From contig CBDCTK010000002.1 in assembly GCA_965222225.1 (NCBI GenBank), forward strand, positions 5,024,001 to 5,088,000: 64,000 bases of DNA, read 5' to 3'. A model generated the notes under the pieces. That model saw nothing but the letters and a program-made list of their open reading frames with translations. It was not told the origin of the DNA and searched no databases. The DNA is from Candidatus Poribacteria bacterium. GTDB taxonomy: Bacteria > Poribacteria > WGA-4E > JAJDTR01. Of the stretch, positions 21,661 through 31,541 are shown one piece after another (the first letter of the stretch is position 1; every line of letters begins with the position of its first letter). The position numbers and the translations under genes are program-made.

Positions 21661-22908
21661 TTAAACAGATTCCTGAAGTTTCGGATGATTGCCTAGTACC
21701 TTGATTAAAGTACGCGCAAGTTTTTCGGGGTCATGACGAATCACATTCAGTTGCACCCCATTCTCAACAACGACTGTATCGCGAATGAGATCCGCTTCGA
21801 CAACATGGCCTTCCTCGAAATTATCATGCTCTAGATCGTATAGGACCTGCACCTTGGAAGTGTCAGCCATCTGTTCCCGAGTTTCATCGGATAGTTGAGA
21901 AATATAATTCGTCAAACTCATGACCAAATCTGTTGGACGTACCTTATTATCTTCGAGCAGTGAGAGCCCTTCTTCGGCACGTGATTGAATCCTTGTCAGG
22001 AGTTCTGATAGTTCTTTCTGGACGTACCTTTTTATTAGGTCGTCGGGCGCCGGTTGATTGTTAACTACAATATAGTCTAGTGGAACATCCGCGTGATCGT
22101 AGATTGCCTGGACGTGGTCAGTCACGGAATACCCGTCCGTCTCTCCAGGTTGAGTCATGACGTTGCAGATGTAGATTTTCATTGCATTTGATCCCTGAAT
22201 TGCATCTACAATGCCTTTGACAACAAGGTTCGGCATAATACTGGTGTATAAGCTCCCGGGGCCGATGATTATCACATCGGCATTTACGATGGTTTCGATA
22301 GCCTCCTGATGGGCGACACATTGATAGGAATCTGTTGACGAGTGTTGATGGGTCTTGCCATTATCGCGCGGTGCGAGGAATACTCGTCGAATCGGTTCAC
22401 GGTTCCGACGGTTTGGAATCTGTGATTCCCCGCTAACCACTTCGCCGTCCGCCAGTTCCGCGCATAGCATTGTATAATCTAGGCTCACGGGAATGATTCT
22501 TCCACGTACGGCGAGGAGTTCTGAGGCCGCCTGAATCGCTTTCGGAAAACTGCCTTCACTCAGTTCGGTTAATGCAATCAAGAGCAGATTTCCGACTGTA
22601 TGTCCGCCCAAGTCGCCGTTGCTGGAAAAACGGTACTCAAATAACCGTGCGAGCAATTCGTCCGCGTCAGAAAGCGCATATAGTAACTTGCGGGTATCTC
22701 CTGGCGGAAGTACATCAAATTCTTCAATCAGTCTTCCGGTACTACCGCCGTCATCAAAGACAGAAACAATAGCGGCTAATTTGTTCATGTCAATAATCTC
22801 TGACCAATCGTGTTTTGCGCTTGTATATTTCTTAATGCCGCTTAGCAAAGACGACAAACCAGTTCCGCCGCCGATACAAGCGAGTTTCAAGGCACTTTTT
22901 TCCGTCAT
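21661..22908 (-). CDS. yvcK: YvcK/UPF0052 family (UDP-GlcNAc-binding, CofD-like) protein
   Basis: IGGGTGLS, DDGGSTG, PPGD, GPGSLYTS, NVMTQPGET, RHDPEKLA; adjacent to glmM. Confidence 0.9.
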   Translation of the reverse strand: MTEKSALKLACIGGGTGLSSLLSGIKKYTSAKHDWSEIIDMNKLAAIVSVFDDGGSTGRLIEEFDVLPPGDTRKLLYALSDADELLARLFEYRFSSNGDLGGHTVGNLLLIALTELSEGSFPKAIQAASELLAVRGRIIPVSLDYTMLCAELADGEVVSGESQIPNRRNREPIRRVFLAPRDNGKTHQHSSTDSYQCVAHQEAIETIVNADVIIIGPGSLYTSIMPNLVVKGIVDAIQGSNAMKIYICNVMTQPGETDGYSVTDHVQAIYDHADVPLDYIVVNNQPAPDDLIKRYVQKELSELLTRIQSRAEEGLSLLEDNKVRPTDLVMSLTNYISQLSDETREQMADTSKVQVLYDLEHDNFEEGHVVEADLIRDTVVVENGVQLNVIRHDPEKLARTLIKVLGNHPKLQESV

Positions 22909-23078
22909 GAATTTCTCCGCAAATTATCAATGCCAAAAGGAACTTAGCGCAAACTCGAAGTCCTGTGATGATGACTTCAGTTGTCGCGATAAATCTGGAA
23001 GAGGATTTAATTTACACGAGTCACTTGTAGATTTCAAACGCATCTAAATAGTGGCAATCTTTGAGGTTATGTTCTTGT

Positions 23079-24515
23079 TCAGCTTTCGTATGTCATTAGT
23101 TGCTTTAAGGTTTCAACTGTTTCATTACAGAGTATTTCAGCTCGGTCAGAAGTTCGAGCCTCACTGAACACCCGAATTACCGGCTCAGTGCCTGACTTTC
23201 GAATGTTGACCCAGCTATCTCTCCAGACGCGCTTCACACCGTCTGTTAAGTCGAGTGACACTTCCTCCGCCAATTTCCCTTTTTCCGCGTAAATCTCCGC
23301 GGCACGTTGCACTACTGCTTCAGAAACCGACTGCGAAGGGCTCTCCAGCTTTTTCTGAAACATTGCATAACTCGGTATTGAGTTAACCAACGCTGAAATT
23401 GTCGTGTTAGATTCAGCGAGTTGATGAACGATGGCGGCGATAGATGCGAGACCGTCTGTTGTATATTGAATTTCAGGGAAAACCACTCCTCCAGTGCCCT
23501 CGCCACCGATAACTGCGTTAGTTTTTCGCATTTTTTCAACAACATAGCCTACGCCAACCGGCGTACGGTGCACTTGAGCGCGATGTCGAGCAGCAATATC
23601 GTCAATCATGAGACTCGTAGAGACCGTGCTAACCACATCGCCCTTTCTTCTGTTAAGGATAAAATCGGCAGAAAGTGCAATTGTGTACTCGCTACTCAGT
23701 GGGGCACCGTCTTCAGAGACAACAACAAGTCGATCCGCGTCTCCGTCATGTGCAAACCCGACATCCGCACTGTTCGCAAGGACAGCTTTGCAAAGTTGGT
23801 TTAGCGCGTCCGGGGTTGGCTCTGCCGAGCGTGGAAAATGGCCGTCCGGAACACAGTTTACTTCAACTACTTGACATCCGAGTTGCCTAAGCAAGTGTGG
23901 ACTTGCGATGCTACCTGCGCCGTTGCCACAATCGATTGCAACTCTAAGAGCGCGTTCGCGCAGCAACTCAAGGTTTACCCAGTCGCAATCTAGGATCTTT
24001 TCTATATGTCGCTTGATGGCGCCTTCATAGATTTCAACCGACCCTTGTTGATTCCACTTGGCGAGGTGAAAATCCTTGGATTGGTAGATTTCCATGAATT
24101 GTTCTCGCTCTTGCCGATTTAACAGTCGTCCTGATTCAAGCGCAAATTCCAAGCCATTCCACTCCACGGGGTTGTGGCTTGCGGTGATGGCGATGCTGCC
24201 GCTCGCATTTAATTCTTTCGTCATCAACAGAATCGTTGGCGTTGGACACATACCGACATCAATCACTCTGCAACCGGTCGAAATGAGTCCAGCTAGAATC
24301 GCATGGCGGGCCATCTCACCCGATACGCGCGAATCTCTACCAACCACCACAGTTTTGGAAGGATTCGAATTATTCTGTTCGCCATAGTGACGTTGACGCT
24401 TCGCCGTGTTCACCATAATGCCAAAAGCGGTTGCAAACTGTGTCAACATAGCCGCATTCAGAGAATTGCCGACGATACCACGGATACCTGACACACTGAC
24501 GATGGGAGTGTCCAT
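23079..24515 (-). CDS. glmM: Phosphoglucosamine mutase / phosphohexomutase
   Basis: SVSGIRG, GRDSR, TASHNP, DGDADR, GGEGTGG, RKSGTEPVIRV. Confidence 0.85.
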   Translation of the reverse strand: MDTPIVSVSGIRGIVGNSLNAAMLTQFATAFGIMVNTAKRQRHYGEQNNSNPSKTVVVGRDSRVSGEMARHAILAGLISTGCRVIDVGMCPTPTILLMTKELNASGSIAITASHNPVEWNGLEFALESGRLLNRQEREQFMEIYQSKDFHLAKWNQQGSVEIYEGAIKRHIEKILDCDWVNLELLRERALRVAIDCGNGAGSIASPHLLRQLGCQVVEVNCVPDGHFPRSAEPTPDALNQLCKAVLANSADVGFAHDGDADRLVVVSEDGAPLSSEYTIALSADFILNRRKGDVVSTVSTSLMIDDIAARHRAQVHRTPVGVGYVVEKMRKTNAVIGGEGTGGVVFPEIQYTTDGLASIAAIVHQLAESNTTISALVNSIPSYAMFQKKLESPSQSVSEAVVQRAAEIYAEKGKLAEEVSLDLTDGVKRVWRDSWVNIRKSGTEPVIRVFSEARTSDRAEILCNETVETLKQLMTYES

Positions 24516-24520
24516 AAATT

Positions 24521-25390
24521 CTAAGCCTTGTCGTGGTGAAAATCCTTGATAAAACCAAGCCTCGATACCATAAAGAGACAGCAAAGCCCGACCAAAACTT
24601 GAAAACCGCACACGGCATACCATTTTGGATAAACAAACAGGTAAGACGGGAGCGGGGTCAGTTCGTACAAGTGTGGTGCTCTGAATATATCAATTTCAAG
24701 TAGCTGACACACAGCGATTAGTGGATTCATAAAAAGGAACACCGGTATAATTGAAAACTGGTCAGCAATCAATAAAGTTCCGATGTAGCGATTCAGCGGT
24801 GAAAGAAGAAAAACTCCACCAATCAACAACAGTGATGCGGCATATGCAAACTGGACAGCATGAATCTCATGGCAAAAAATCCGCCAGCCCAACATTCCGA
24901 TAAATGCACTCGAAAAAACAGTAGCAAGAAGCACCAAGTGATAGGAAAATAGCGTTGCATACGACACATCGTGGCTCGATTCATTGACAAGCACAAAGGC
25001 CGACGCCGACAAGACAGCAAAACAGACAAGTGGGACTTGGCTGCTAATCGCAATGGCACCAAGAGTGCTCCCGGGGCGTATCCGGCTTAGTACCAGAAGT
25101 TTATCTGATGTAGCTTCACGGAATTGATTGGCGAGTGCGCGACTTGAAAAGCAAGGAGATACAATCAGGACCAAGAAGATCTCTGATAGGAATTTTGTGC
25201 CCAAACTGTGGGTAAGCCTAAGATGCGATAGGAGCTGATTAACCGCCAACAGAAGAAGACCGAGTATAGTAATCGTGATAAGGATTCGCCTCATTGTCCA
25301 TTGACCCATCAGTAGGCTCAATCTGTCCGCATAGTAACGCCTATCCTCTAACATACTGAAGCGTATCAATCCATTCATCTCAAGAATCAC
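24521..25390 (-). CDS. Multi-pass membrane protein (ABC-2 permease-like); start uncertain
   Basis: About six hydrophobic segments; FLFMNPL; co-oriented with glmM. Confidence 0.6.
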   Translation of the reverse strand: MILEMNGLIRFSMLEDRRYYADRLSLLMGQWTMRRILITITILGLLLLAVNQLLSHLRLTHSLGTKFLSEIFLVLIVSPCFSSRALANQFREATSDKLLVLSRIRPGSTLGAIAISSQVPLVCFAVLSASAFVLVNESSHDVSYATLFSYHLVLLATVFSSAFIGMLGWRIFCHEIHAVQFAYAASLLLIGGVFLLSPLNRYIGTLLIADQFSIIPVFLFMNPLIAVCQLLEIDIFRAPHLYELTPLPSYLFVYPKWYAVCGFQVLVGLCCLFMVSRLGFIKDFHHDKA

Positions 25391-25413
25391 ATGTGAACCA
25401 AGACGACTTGAAT

Positions 25414-26079
25414 CTATTCTTCTCCGAAATGCTGCTGCAACATACTTTGAATCTCTAGGATAATACGCTCAATTGCGTAGAGGTTCGGATTAATTTCCAA
25501 AGCTCGCTGAAAAGCGTCCATTGCTGCCGCAAGGTCGCCAAGTTTCAAGTAGCACTGTCCCATTCCCGCGAGCGCGCCAAAATGAAAGGGATTGAGTTCA
25601 ACTGTCTTCTTGCAATCTTCGATCGATTTACTCAACTCGTCGCTCATGAAATATGCGATTGCGCGTTGATTGTATCCCTCTGCAAAGTTAGCGGCTATCC
25701 GTATGACCTCTGAGAACACTTGAATCGCCTCTCCGTATTGTTGCTTTTTTATGTGATTTGTGCCTTTTTGCATCATGGCGCTAACCGATTCATCGTCAGA
25801 CCGAAACCAGATCGACCACAATGCCTGTTCAGCATTGGCGCGCGTCCCCGGATCTTCATGCGTGAGCGCTGCAACCAAAGATGGGATGGCGTCTTCGTTA
25901 GCAATCTCACCCAGCGCATACGCCGCAGCCCGGCATGTGAGCGGTTTCCGGTTTTCTAAGGATTCTATGAGCGTTTCCTGTGAATATTTCTCCTCCAAGG
26001 CACGCTTTAGCGCATGCTTCTGATTCGGATGCTGATGCATTAACCTAGCTAGTTCGGAGAATCCATTTTGCTCTGGCAT
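25414..26079 (-). CDS. HEAT-repeat + TPR protein
   Basis: AAAYALGEI, AEQALWSIW, FAEGYNQRA, LNPFHFGALAGMG. Confidence 0.85.
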   Translation of the reverse strand: MPEQNGFSELARLMHQHPNQKHALKRALEEKYSQETLIESLENRKPLTCRAAAYALGEIANEDAIPSLVAALTHEDPGTRANAEQALWSIWFRSDDESVSAMMQKGTNHIKKQQYGEAIQVFSEVIRIAANFAEGYNQRAIAYFMSDELSKSIEDCKKTVELNPFHFGALAGMGQCYLKLGDLAAAMDAFQRALEINPNLYAIERIILEIQSMLQQHFGEE

Positions 26080-26605
26080 ATATAATTCCTTGAATTTTCA
26101 GGTCAACTACGCATGACTAGTGTTGACCTAACACTTATAATTTATCAATCCGAAATCACGATTGAATCATATCACACCTTGACAATCTGCTCAAGAGAAA
26201 AGTATGAGACGTGTTTGAGAACTCTAGACACAACTTGAAAAACGGCACTTGGGAATCTTGGGAACTTTCATACTTTTCATACCAAATGAGGGATTCCAGT
26301 AGAGACAGAAAACCGTAAGAACTCTTGCTATCACTGGATTCTAGGTAGTTTCAACATTCGAACTTCCAAGGGTTGGTATGAAACAGCGGGAGCTACCCAA
26401 AACATTTTCAAATCTCGGATTGACGTTCTGTCGTAGAAGAAGATTGTTTTTCAAAAATTTCTTAACCCGACTTTGTACATTTAAGCGGGATAACAGACGG
26501 TGTCAATCAAGCGTTGAAGAAAAGCGGGGAAGATTTTAACCATTTGGTCTTTTTGGTTGACCATTGAAAAAGTCGTCAGCGGTTTCTGATATTGTGCAAC
26601 CTGTC

Positions 26606-26893
26606 GGGATCTCTATCGCACTCACTATAGGATTTACTATCGCCTTCGTTATCCACTCAGTTGATCGTTCGTTTGATCTCGCGCTGGGGGGCTGATGTAA
26701 ATAACTCGCTGGCGCTATACACCTGAAGATCTCTATCGCACGGGATTGTCTATCACCCTCCCTATCCGGTCGGTTGATCGTCGCTGGCGCTTTCAAAGGC
26801 TGGTAGGATCTCTATGGGATTTCTATCGCACTCGTTATCCACTCGTTTGATCGCTCATTATTCATTCGCTTGATCGCAGTGCGCACCCTACAA
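26606..26893 (-). repeat. Mosaic of REP-like hairpins and nested 36-38-bp GATC elements
   Basis: Full copies at 26630-26666, 26742-26779 and 26816-26852, each with adjacent partial copies; ends in the REP half GCAGTGCGCACCCTACAA. Confidence 0.8.
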
Positions 26894-27272
26894 GATGGCA
26901 ATTCAGAATTGTACTTTTGTACAAAGTCGAGCCTAAGTCAGGCATTTGCACTTCAAGTCTCTGACGTGGGTAGCGGAGATTGGGAAGGATGCAGTCAAAT
27001 TACCACAGTGAATAGTGCACACAAGCATAGGAGACGTTGGGTGCGCAATGCCGGCAGCGCGTTCGGGGATGATGGACCTTTGCCACCCTGAAAGAACTAG
27101 ATGTACTTGCAGAACGCCCAAGTGTCAGATATAATGCTTGCAGTCGGGTGGATTAAGGAGTCATGTGAAGAACCACACCTGCTAGGATAACCACAGAATC
27201 TGTAATGTAGGAGTCCGAGGCCTATCGGGTGGATTGTGTGTTACGATCGAAGGACTACAGCAACTGTTAAAA

Positions 27273-27427
27273 AACCCAAGTTGCCACCTTTGTCCGACAG
27301 GGGCACAGAAACCGAGTTTTTTCCGACGTGGAAACACGAGATTGACGATAATCAGACCAATTTACCTATAATTTAGCGAACGTGAACCAAAAAATCGGGT
27401 TCTCTTTTATAGGTAGCAACTTGGGTT
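27273..27427. repeat. Long-spaced inverted repeat element (MITE/REP-like)
   Basis: AACCCAAGTTGCCACC ... GGTAGCAACTTGGGTT (15/16 inverted match), with inner AAACCGAGTTTTTT / AAAAAATCGGGTT inverted pair. Confidence 0.6.
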
Positions 27428-27437
27428 AAAAATAAGC

Positions 27438-28478
27438 ATGTATATATTTGAACCGTTGAATTGTCAGTGTGAGGACTCGTGGGATGAGGTTCTAAAACAG
27501 TGTCCGGGTAGCAATGCATTTCACTCAACCGCATGGAGAGTCGCCCTTGACCAAGCGTTTGCTCAACTGTCGCCAATGTACTACCTAATTAAAGAGAATT
27601 GTACGTTGGTTGGCGGGTTTCCTGCATTCGTTTTCAAGCCAATTCCCGGTATCAAGATGTTACATTCGATGCCGTGGCATCTATTCGGAGGTATCCAACT
27701 CGTCACTGATGCAGAGGTGGATATCAAGGCGTTACTTGAATTGACGGAAAAACACCTTTCAAATGCGGCACACAATCAGAATATTTGCGAGGCTATTTTT
27801 ACCCTTTCTCCTGCCCAAACCGCGGAATATGGTCATAGGTTTACCGAAATCGGTTATCAGAAACATAAGACGCTTTCCACCCATCTTCTCAGAACGTCAG
27901 AGGACTATGACGTGCTATGGAAAGCGTATAACAAGCGTGTTCGAGGTGCGGTGCGGAAGGCAGCAAAAGCAGGTGTGAGGGTTTCCGACGCGCATACCGA
28001 CGGTGATTTGGAAGCGTTCTATAGTATCTATCTAGCAACGGTCAAACGCTTGGGTGGCACGCCCAAGCCGCGAGCCCTGATTCAATCTCTTTACCGAAGT
28101 CGAATCGGAAAACTGGCAATCGCAAAGCGTGATGGGATTGTAATTGCCGGATTGTTGTATCTTTATTTCAATCGAACTGTAACGCTATGGTGTGAAGCGT
28201 CCGACCCGCAATATTTAGAATATCGTCCGAACAATGCCATCTTCCACCACATCATTCAGTGGGCTTGCGCAAGGGGATATGAGTGGGTAGATTTTGGTGC
28301 CTCTCCGCCCGAACATCACGGCTTAATTGCTCACAAAGAGCAGTATAAGGCACAGAGGTTTAACTTCTGCAGTTACATAAAGATTCATTCGCCATTGAGA
28401 CGGGAAGTTTGGCAGATAGCAGAACCTTCGCTTCGTAAATTATACACGTGGATTCAACACGCTCGCAGCCGAGATTAG
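27438..28478 (+). CDS. FemAB-like GNAT-fold protein
   Basis: FHSTAW, RGAVRKAAKAGV, YRPNNAIF, WVDFGAS. Confidence 0.85.
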   Translation: MYIFEPLNCQCEDSWDEVLKQCPGSNAFHSTAWRVALDQAFAQLSPMYYLIKENCTLVGGFPAFVFKPIPGIKMLHSMPWHLFGGIQLVTDAEVDIKALLELTEKHLSNAAHNQNICEAIFTLSPAQTAEYGHRFTEIGYQKHKTLSTHLLRTSEDYDVLWKAYNKRVRGAVRKAAKAGVRVSDAHTDGDLEAFYSIYLATVKRLGGTPKPRALIQSLYRSRIGKLAIAKRDGIVIAGLLYLYFNRTVTLWCEASDPQYLEYRPNNAIFHHIIQWACARGYEWVDFGASPPEHHGLIAHKEQYKAQRFNFCSYIKIHSPLRREVWQIAEPSLRKLYTWIQHARSRD

Positions 28479-28576
28479 CTTGGACAAGCATGAGATTTAC
28501 CAACTTTTATTCGACAATCAATTCCCGGGTTGTACAATAGAGGGCGCTCAAAATTCCCACAGCGCGAATTTGTCTA

Positions 28577-29488
28577 TCATCCTGCGGGCACAAGTACCGT
28601 AAGTCCGCGTTCGACGAGTTCTACCGTAGCAGGGGTATAGCCCACTTTCTCGCCATCCGCGTAAAGAAGGGTTGGTGGATCTGTGTGAATAGTCAGCGAT
28701 TTTGTGCGTTGGATACTGACTGCGGGATGGGCTGTATGTCCGCCCCAAAACAACTTTACAAGCATACTCAATACTGTTAGGCGAGACACGGGCTTGATGA
28801 TGCAAACATCAAATAGGCCGTCGTTCATAACAGCGTTCGGCACGATTTTGAAACCGCCGCCATAATGAGGGGTAATACCGGTTGCCGCCAAGAGAATATC
28901 CCCCTCATACACGCCGAAATCACCTTCAAGCCGCACTGCAGGGGTGTTGTAAGAAAAAAGTGTTGTAATTGCCGTATATACGTAGGTTGCCGTGCCGGAG
29001 AAGGGGACATTCGCCTCCGAAGCCCGTCGACTAACTTCGGCATCGTACCCACACGTGACTATCGTGTCAAAATAAAAATCTCCAATTCTGCCAACGTCAA
29101 CTTCAAAAGGTTTGCCGCTCAATAGTACCTGGATAGCCTGATCCGGGTCTTTCGGAATCTTGAGCGCCCTAGCGAAGTCGTTTCCCCTTCCACAAGGTAT
29201 TAGTCCCAATACTATATGTGGTCTTGCTGCGATCGCGTTAACAATTTCGTGGATTGTGCCATCCCCGCCACATGCAATCAGCCACCGACATCCATTCTGA
29301 ATGGCTTCTTGTGCCAGACGACGTGCGTCGCCTCGCCGGGTTGTCAGTGCGAGTCTACCCCTTCGTCCGTTGCTTGTGAGTCGCTTAAGAGCTCTCTCGG
29401 CAATTACCTTGCTCTTGCCTTTTCCGGAGATTGGGTTCGCAATTATTAGAAAATCTTCGGAGATTGATGTTTCAATCCGGTTTTGCAT
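28577..29488 (-). CDS. Diacylglycerol/lipid kinase family (YegS/BmrU)
   Basis: NPISGKG, GGDGTIHE, PCGRGNDFA, YGGGF, ADGE. Confidence 0.92.
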   Translation of the reverse strand: MQNRIETSISEDFLIIANPISGKGKSKVIAERALKRLTSNGRRGRLALTTRRGDARRLAQEAIQNGCRWLIACGGDGTIHEIVNAIAARPHIVLGLIPCGRGNDFARALKIPKDPDQAIQVLLSGKPFEVDVGRIGDFYFDTIVTCGYDAEVSRRASEANVPFSGTATYVYTAITTLFSYNTPAVRLEGDFGVYEGDILLAATGITPHYGGGFKIVPNAVMNDGLFDVCIIKPVSRLTVLSMLVKLFWGGHTAHPAVSIQRTKSLTIHTDPPTLLYADGEKVGYTPATVELVERGLTVLVPAG

Positions 29489-29685
29489 GATAACTTTGAC
29501 GTGGTTGGTGATTGAGGATTGATGGTTGGTAAATGGTGGGCTGTAACTGTCGAGAAAAGATAATAGCAGACTTACTCAAATGCGTCAATCCGAAATAATA
29601 TGTCAACACTTGAATCTTGACAGTGAAGTGTCAGACACGTATAATTCGCAGAGGTTTACAGCGAGAGTCCTCAAGGAGGATTGAT

Positions 29686-30687
29686 ATGTATAGCGCTTCA
29701 TTAAACGCAGTTGTCCTAACTTTAGCTACGTTCGTGTTACTTACTGTGCATGCATATTCGGAGGAGGAGTTTATGAAGGAATTCAAATCAATGCAGGTTG
29801 GCATGGTAGCACCAGACTTCACGCTAATGGATGACGATGGTGTTGAACGCAACCTGTCCGATTATCTCGGTAGCAAGAACGTCATATTGGCGTTTTATCC
29901 CAAGGATTTTACCGGTGGCTGAACAACGGAGTTGCGCTCGCTCCGGGATGAGTTGAGCCGCATTGAAGCTACTGACACCGTGGTGTTTGGCATTAGCGTT
30001 GATGGCGTACAATCGCATAAAAAATTCCAAAAGGCTGAGAAGTTTGGTTTTTCGCTGCTTGCAGACACTGAATTTGCGGTCAGCAAAATTTATAGTGGGA
30101 TAATGGAACGATTCAACGCCTCTAATCGCGTTACGTTCATTATCGACAAAGCCGGATATATCAGAGTCATCGATGAGAACGTAGACGTTGCGAATCATGG
30201 CGTAAATGTCGTCAAGTTCATTGAGGAAAATGTGTCTAGCGAACTGGAGATCGGGCACCCTTCACCAGACTTTATCGCCGCCGACCAAGATGGCGCAATA
30301 CATCAACTCAGTCAGTTCAAAGGGAAACAGAGCGTGGTGTTAGCGTTTTATCCGAAGGATTTTACCGGCGGCTGAACGGCAGAGGTTTGCTCGCTCCGGG
30401 ATGAGTCGAGCGTTTTTACTGTGCATGATGCCCAGATTTTCGGTATCAGTGTCCAGGATGCCGAGTCGCACAAGAAATTCGTGCAAGAGCATAGCCTGAA
30501 TTTCCCACTACTTGTGGACACGGGGCGTAACCTGAGCTTGCTTTTCGGCGCTGCCGATAGTCCAAGCGACCTGAGCAAGCGCATTACGATTGTTGTTGAC
30601 AAAGCAGGAAAGATTTCCAAGATTGACACCAATGTCAATGCGAGAACGCACGGAAAGGATCTGGGTGATTTCTTCGGGGGAATGTAG
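29686..30687 (+). CDS. Secreted tandem two-domain peroxiredoxin (BCP/AhpC-TSA), probable selenoprotein with two Sec codons
   Basis: Track ORFs 29617, 29932 and 30421 share one frame. TGA at 29920-29922 and 30373-30375 each fall at the peroxidatic Cys position (FYPKDFTGG*T). AAGGAGG RBS and signal peptide. Confidence 0.85.
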
Positions 30688-30765
30688 CACTTGCCTAAAG
30701 GTAAATGTGGGAGATAGGATTACTTGCCGTTGACTTCGCTTTGATCTCTAAAACGGAAGGTTTTG

Positions 30766-30876
30766 ATGACAGCCGCAAGCACGAGATTCCAACGGGCATC
30801 AGCCGGGACAATAGCGTTAATTATCTTTGTTATCATGTTGGTGGCACTAATGTTCGGGAGCGGTTTCGCAAATTGA
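30766..30876 (+). CDS. 36-aa hydrophobic peptide (MTAASTRFQRASAGTIALIIFVIMLVALMFGSGFAN)
   Basis: GGAAGG RBS, one TM-like stretch; the stop lies inside the start of the duplicated leader. Confidence 0.5.
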   Translation: MTAASTRFQRASAGTIALIIFVIMLVALMFGSGFAN

Positions 30877-31003
30877 GTTTCTGCGGAAAACCCCCCTCTA
30901 TTTGCGAAAGAATTGCCTGAAATGGGAGTTGAAACGAGACAAATGAAGGTATTCTGTTTCAGAGTCAAATCACGGAATGTAGATGCCAAGCGATCTTAGA
31001 TCG
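30862..31003 (+). promoter_or_regulatory. CRISPR leader-like sequence, copy 1 (142 bp)
   Basis: Near-identical to 34685-34826; distal inverted repeat TTTCGCAAAT(30864)...ATTTGCGAAA(30900); abuts the 37-bp repeat. Confidence 0.7.
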
Positions 31004-31040
31004 GTTGCAGCCTATGCCCCGATGAAAAGGGGACTGAAAG
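31004..31040 (+). CRISPR. Solitary 37-bp CRISPR-type repeat, variant A
   Basis: GTTGCAGCCTATGCCCCGATGAAAAGGGGACTGAAAG: GTT start, GAAAG end, CCCC/GGGG stem; no second repeat at spacer distance. Confidence 0.75.
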
Positions 31041-31150
31041 TCTATCACCAACAGGGCAAACCCCAGTTGCCTGTTCATTTGAGTGCCACGGTCGATTGTC
31101 AATTCTTCTGCGGAAGGTATAATGAATCAACTTTTTCTATGGAGGGAATA

Positions 31151-31426
31151 ATGAACGAACATAAAGTGGTGTGTCGACAATTGATAATTGAAGATGAGAA
31201 TGGCGAAGGAAAGATTTTCATGTCAACGGACAATGCCAAAAATCCCACATTTCAAATGTCGGGAGATTCTGGTAATGTTCATATAAACTTCACGACAGAC
31301 GGAGTGACTCTTAGCCTATCAGACAAGCAAGGACAAGAAAAAGCCACCCTTTATGTAAAGGATGGCGAGGGATGGTGTAGGTTTCTTAGGTCAGATGGAA
31401 GTGAAATACAATGGTGGACAGTTTAG
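31151..31426 (+). CDS. Hypothetical beta-rich protein
   Basis: TATAAT and GGAGG upstream; 91 aa. Confidence 0.65.
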   Translation: MNEHKVVCRQLIIEDENGEGKIFMSTDNAKNPTFQMSGDSGNVHINFTTDGVTLSLSDKQGQEKATLYVKDGEGWCRFLRSDGSEIQWWTV

Positions 31427-31541
31427 GAGACTTTCTGGCTTTCATCTCAGCATGACGCTTGTCTATCTGCTTCTGCACATGGCCCTTTTCTCTTAACTCA
31501 ATCACAGCCTACAGTATACTGAACACCATTGGAGGTCTATC

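Noticed and set aside
26200-26430. Structured element bounded by TTTCATACCAA / TTGGTATGAAA
   Set aside because: Single copy in the window; cannot tell a MITE remnant from a regulatory palindrome.
30983-31150. N-terminal extensions of ORFs 30983 and 35525 through the repeat
   Set aside because: Better RBS/ATG starts or post-repeat ATGs lie downstream; the extensions are just repeat sequence read in frame.
31431-31460. Possible inverted degenerate repeat (CTTTCTGGCTTTCATC...)
   Set aside because: Needs several gaps to align; could be chance.
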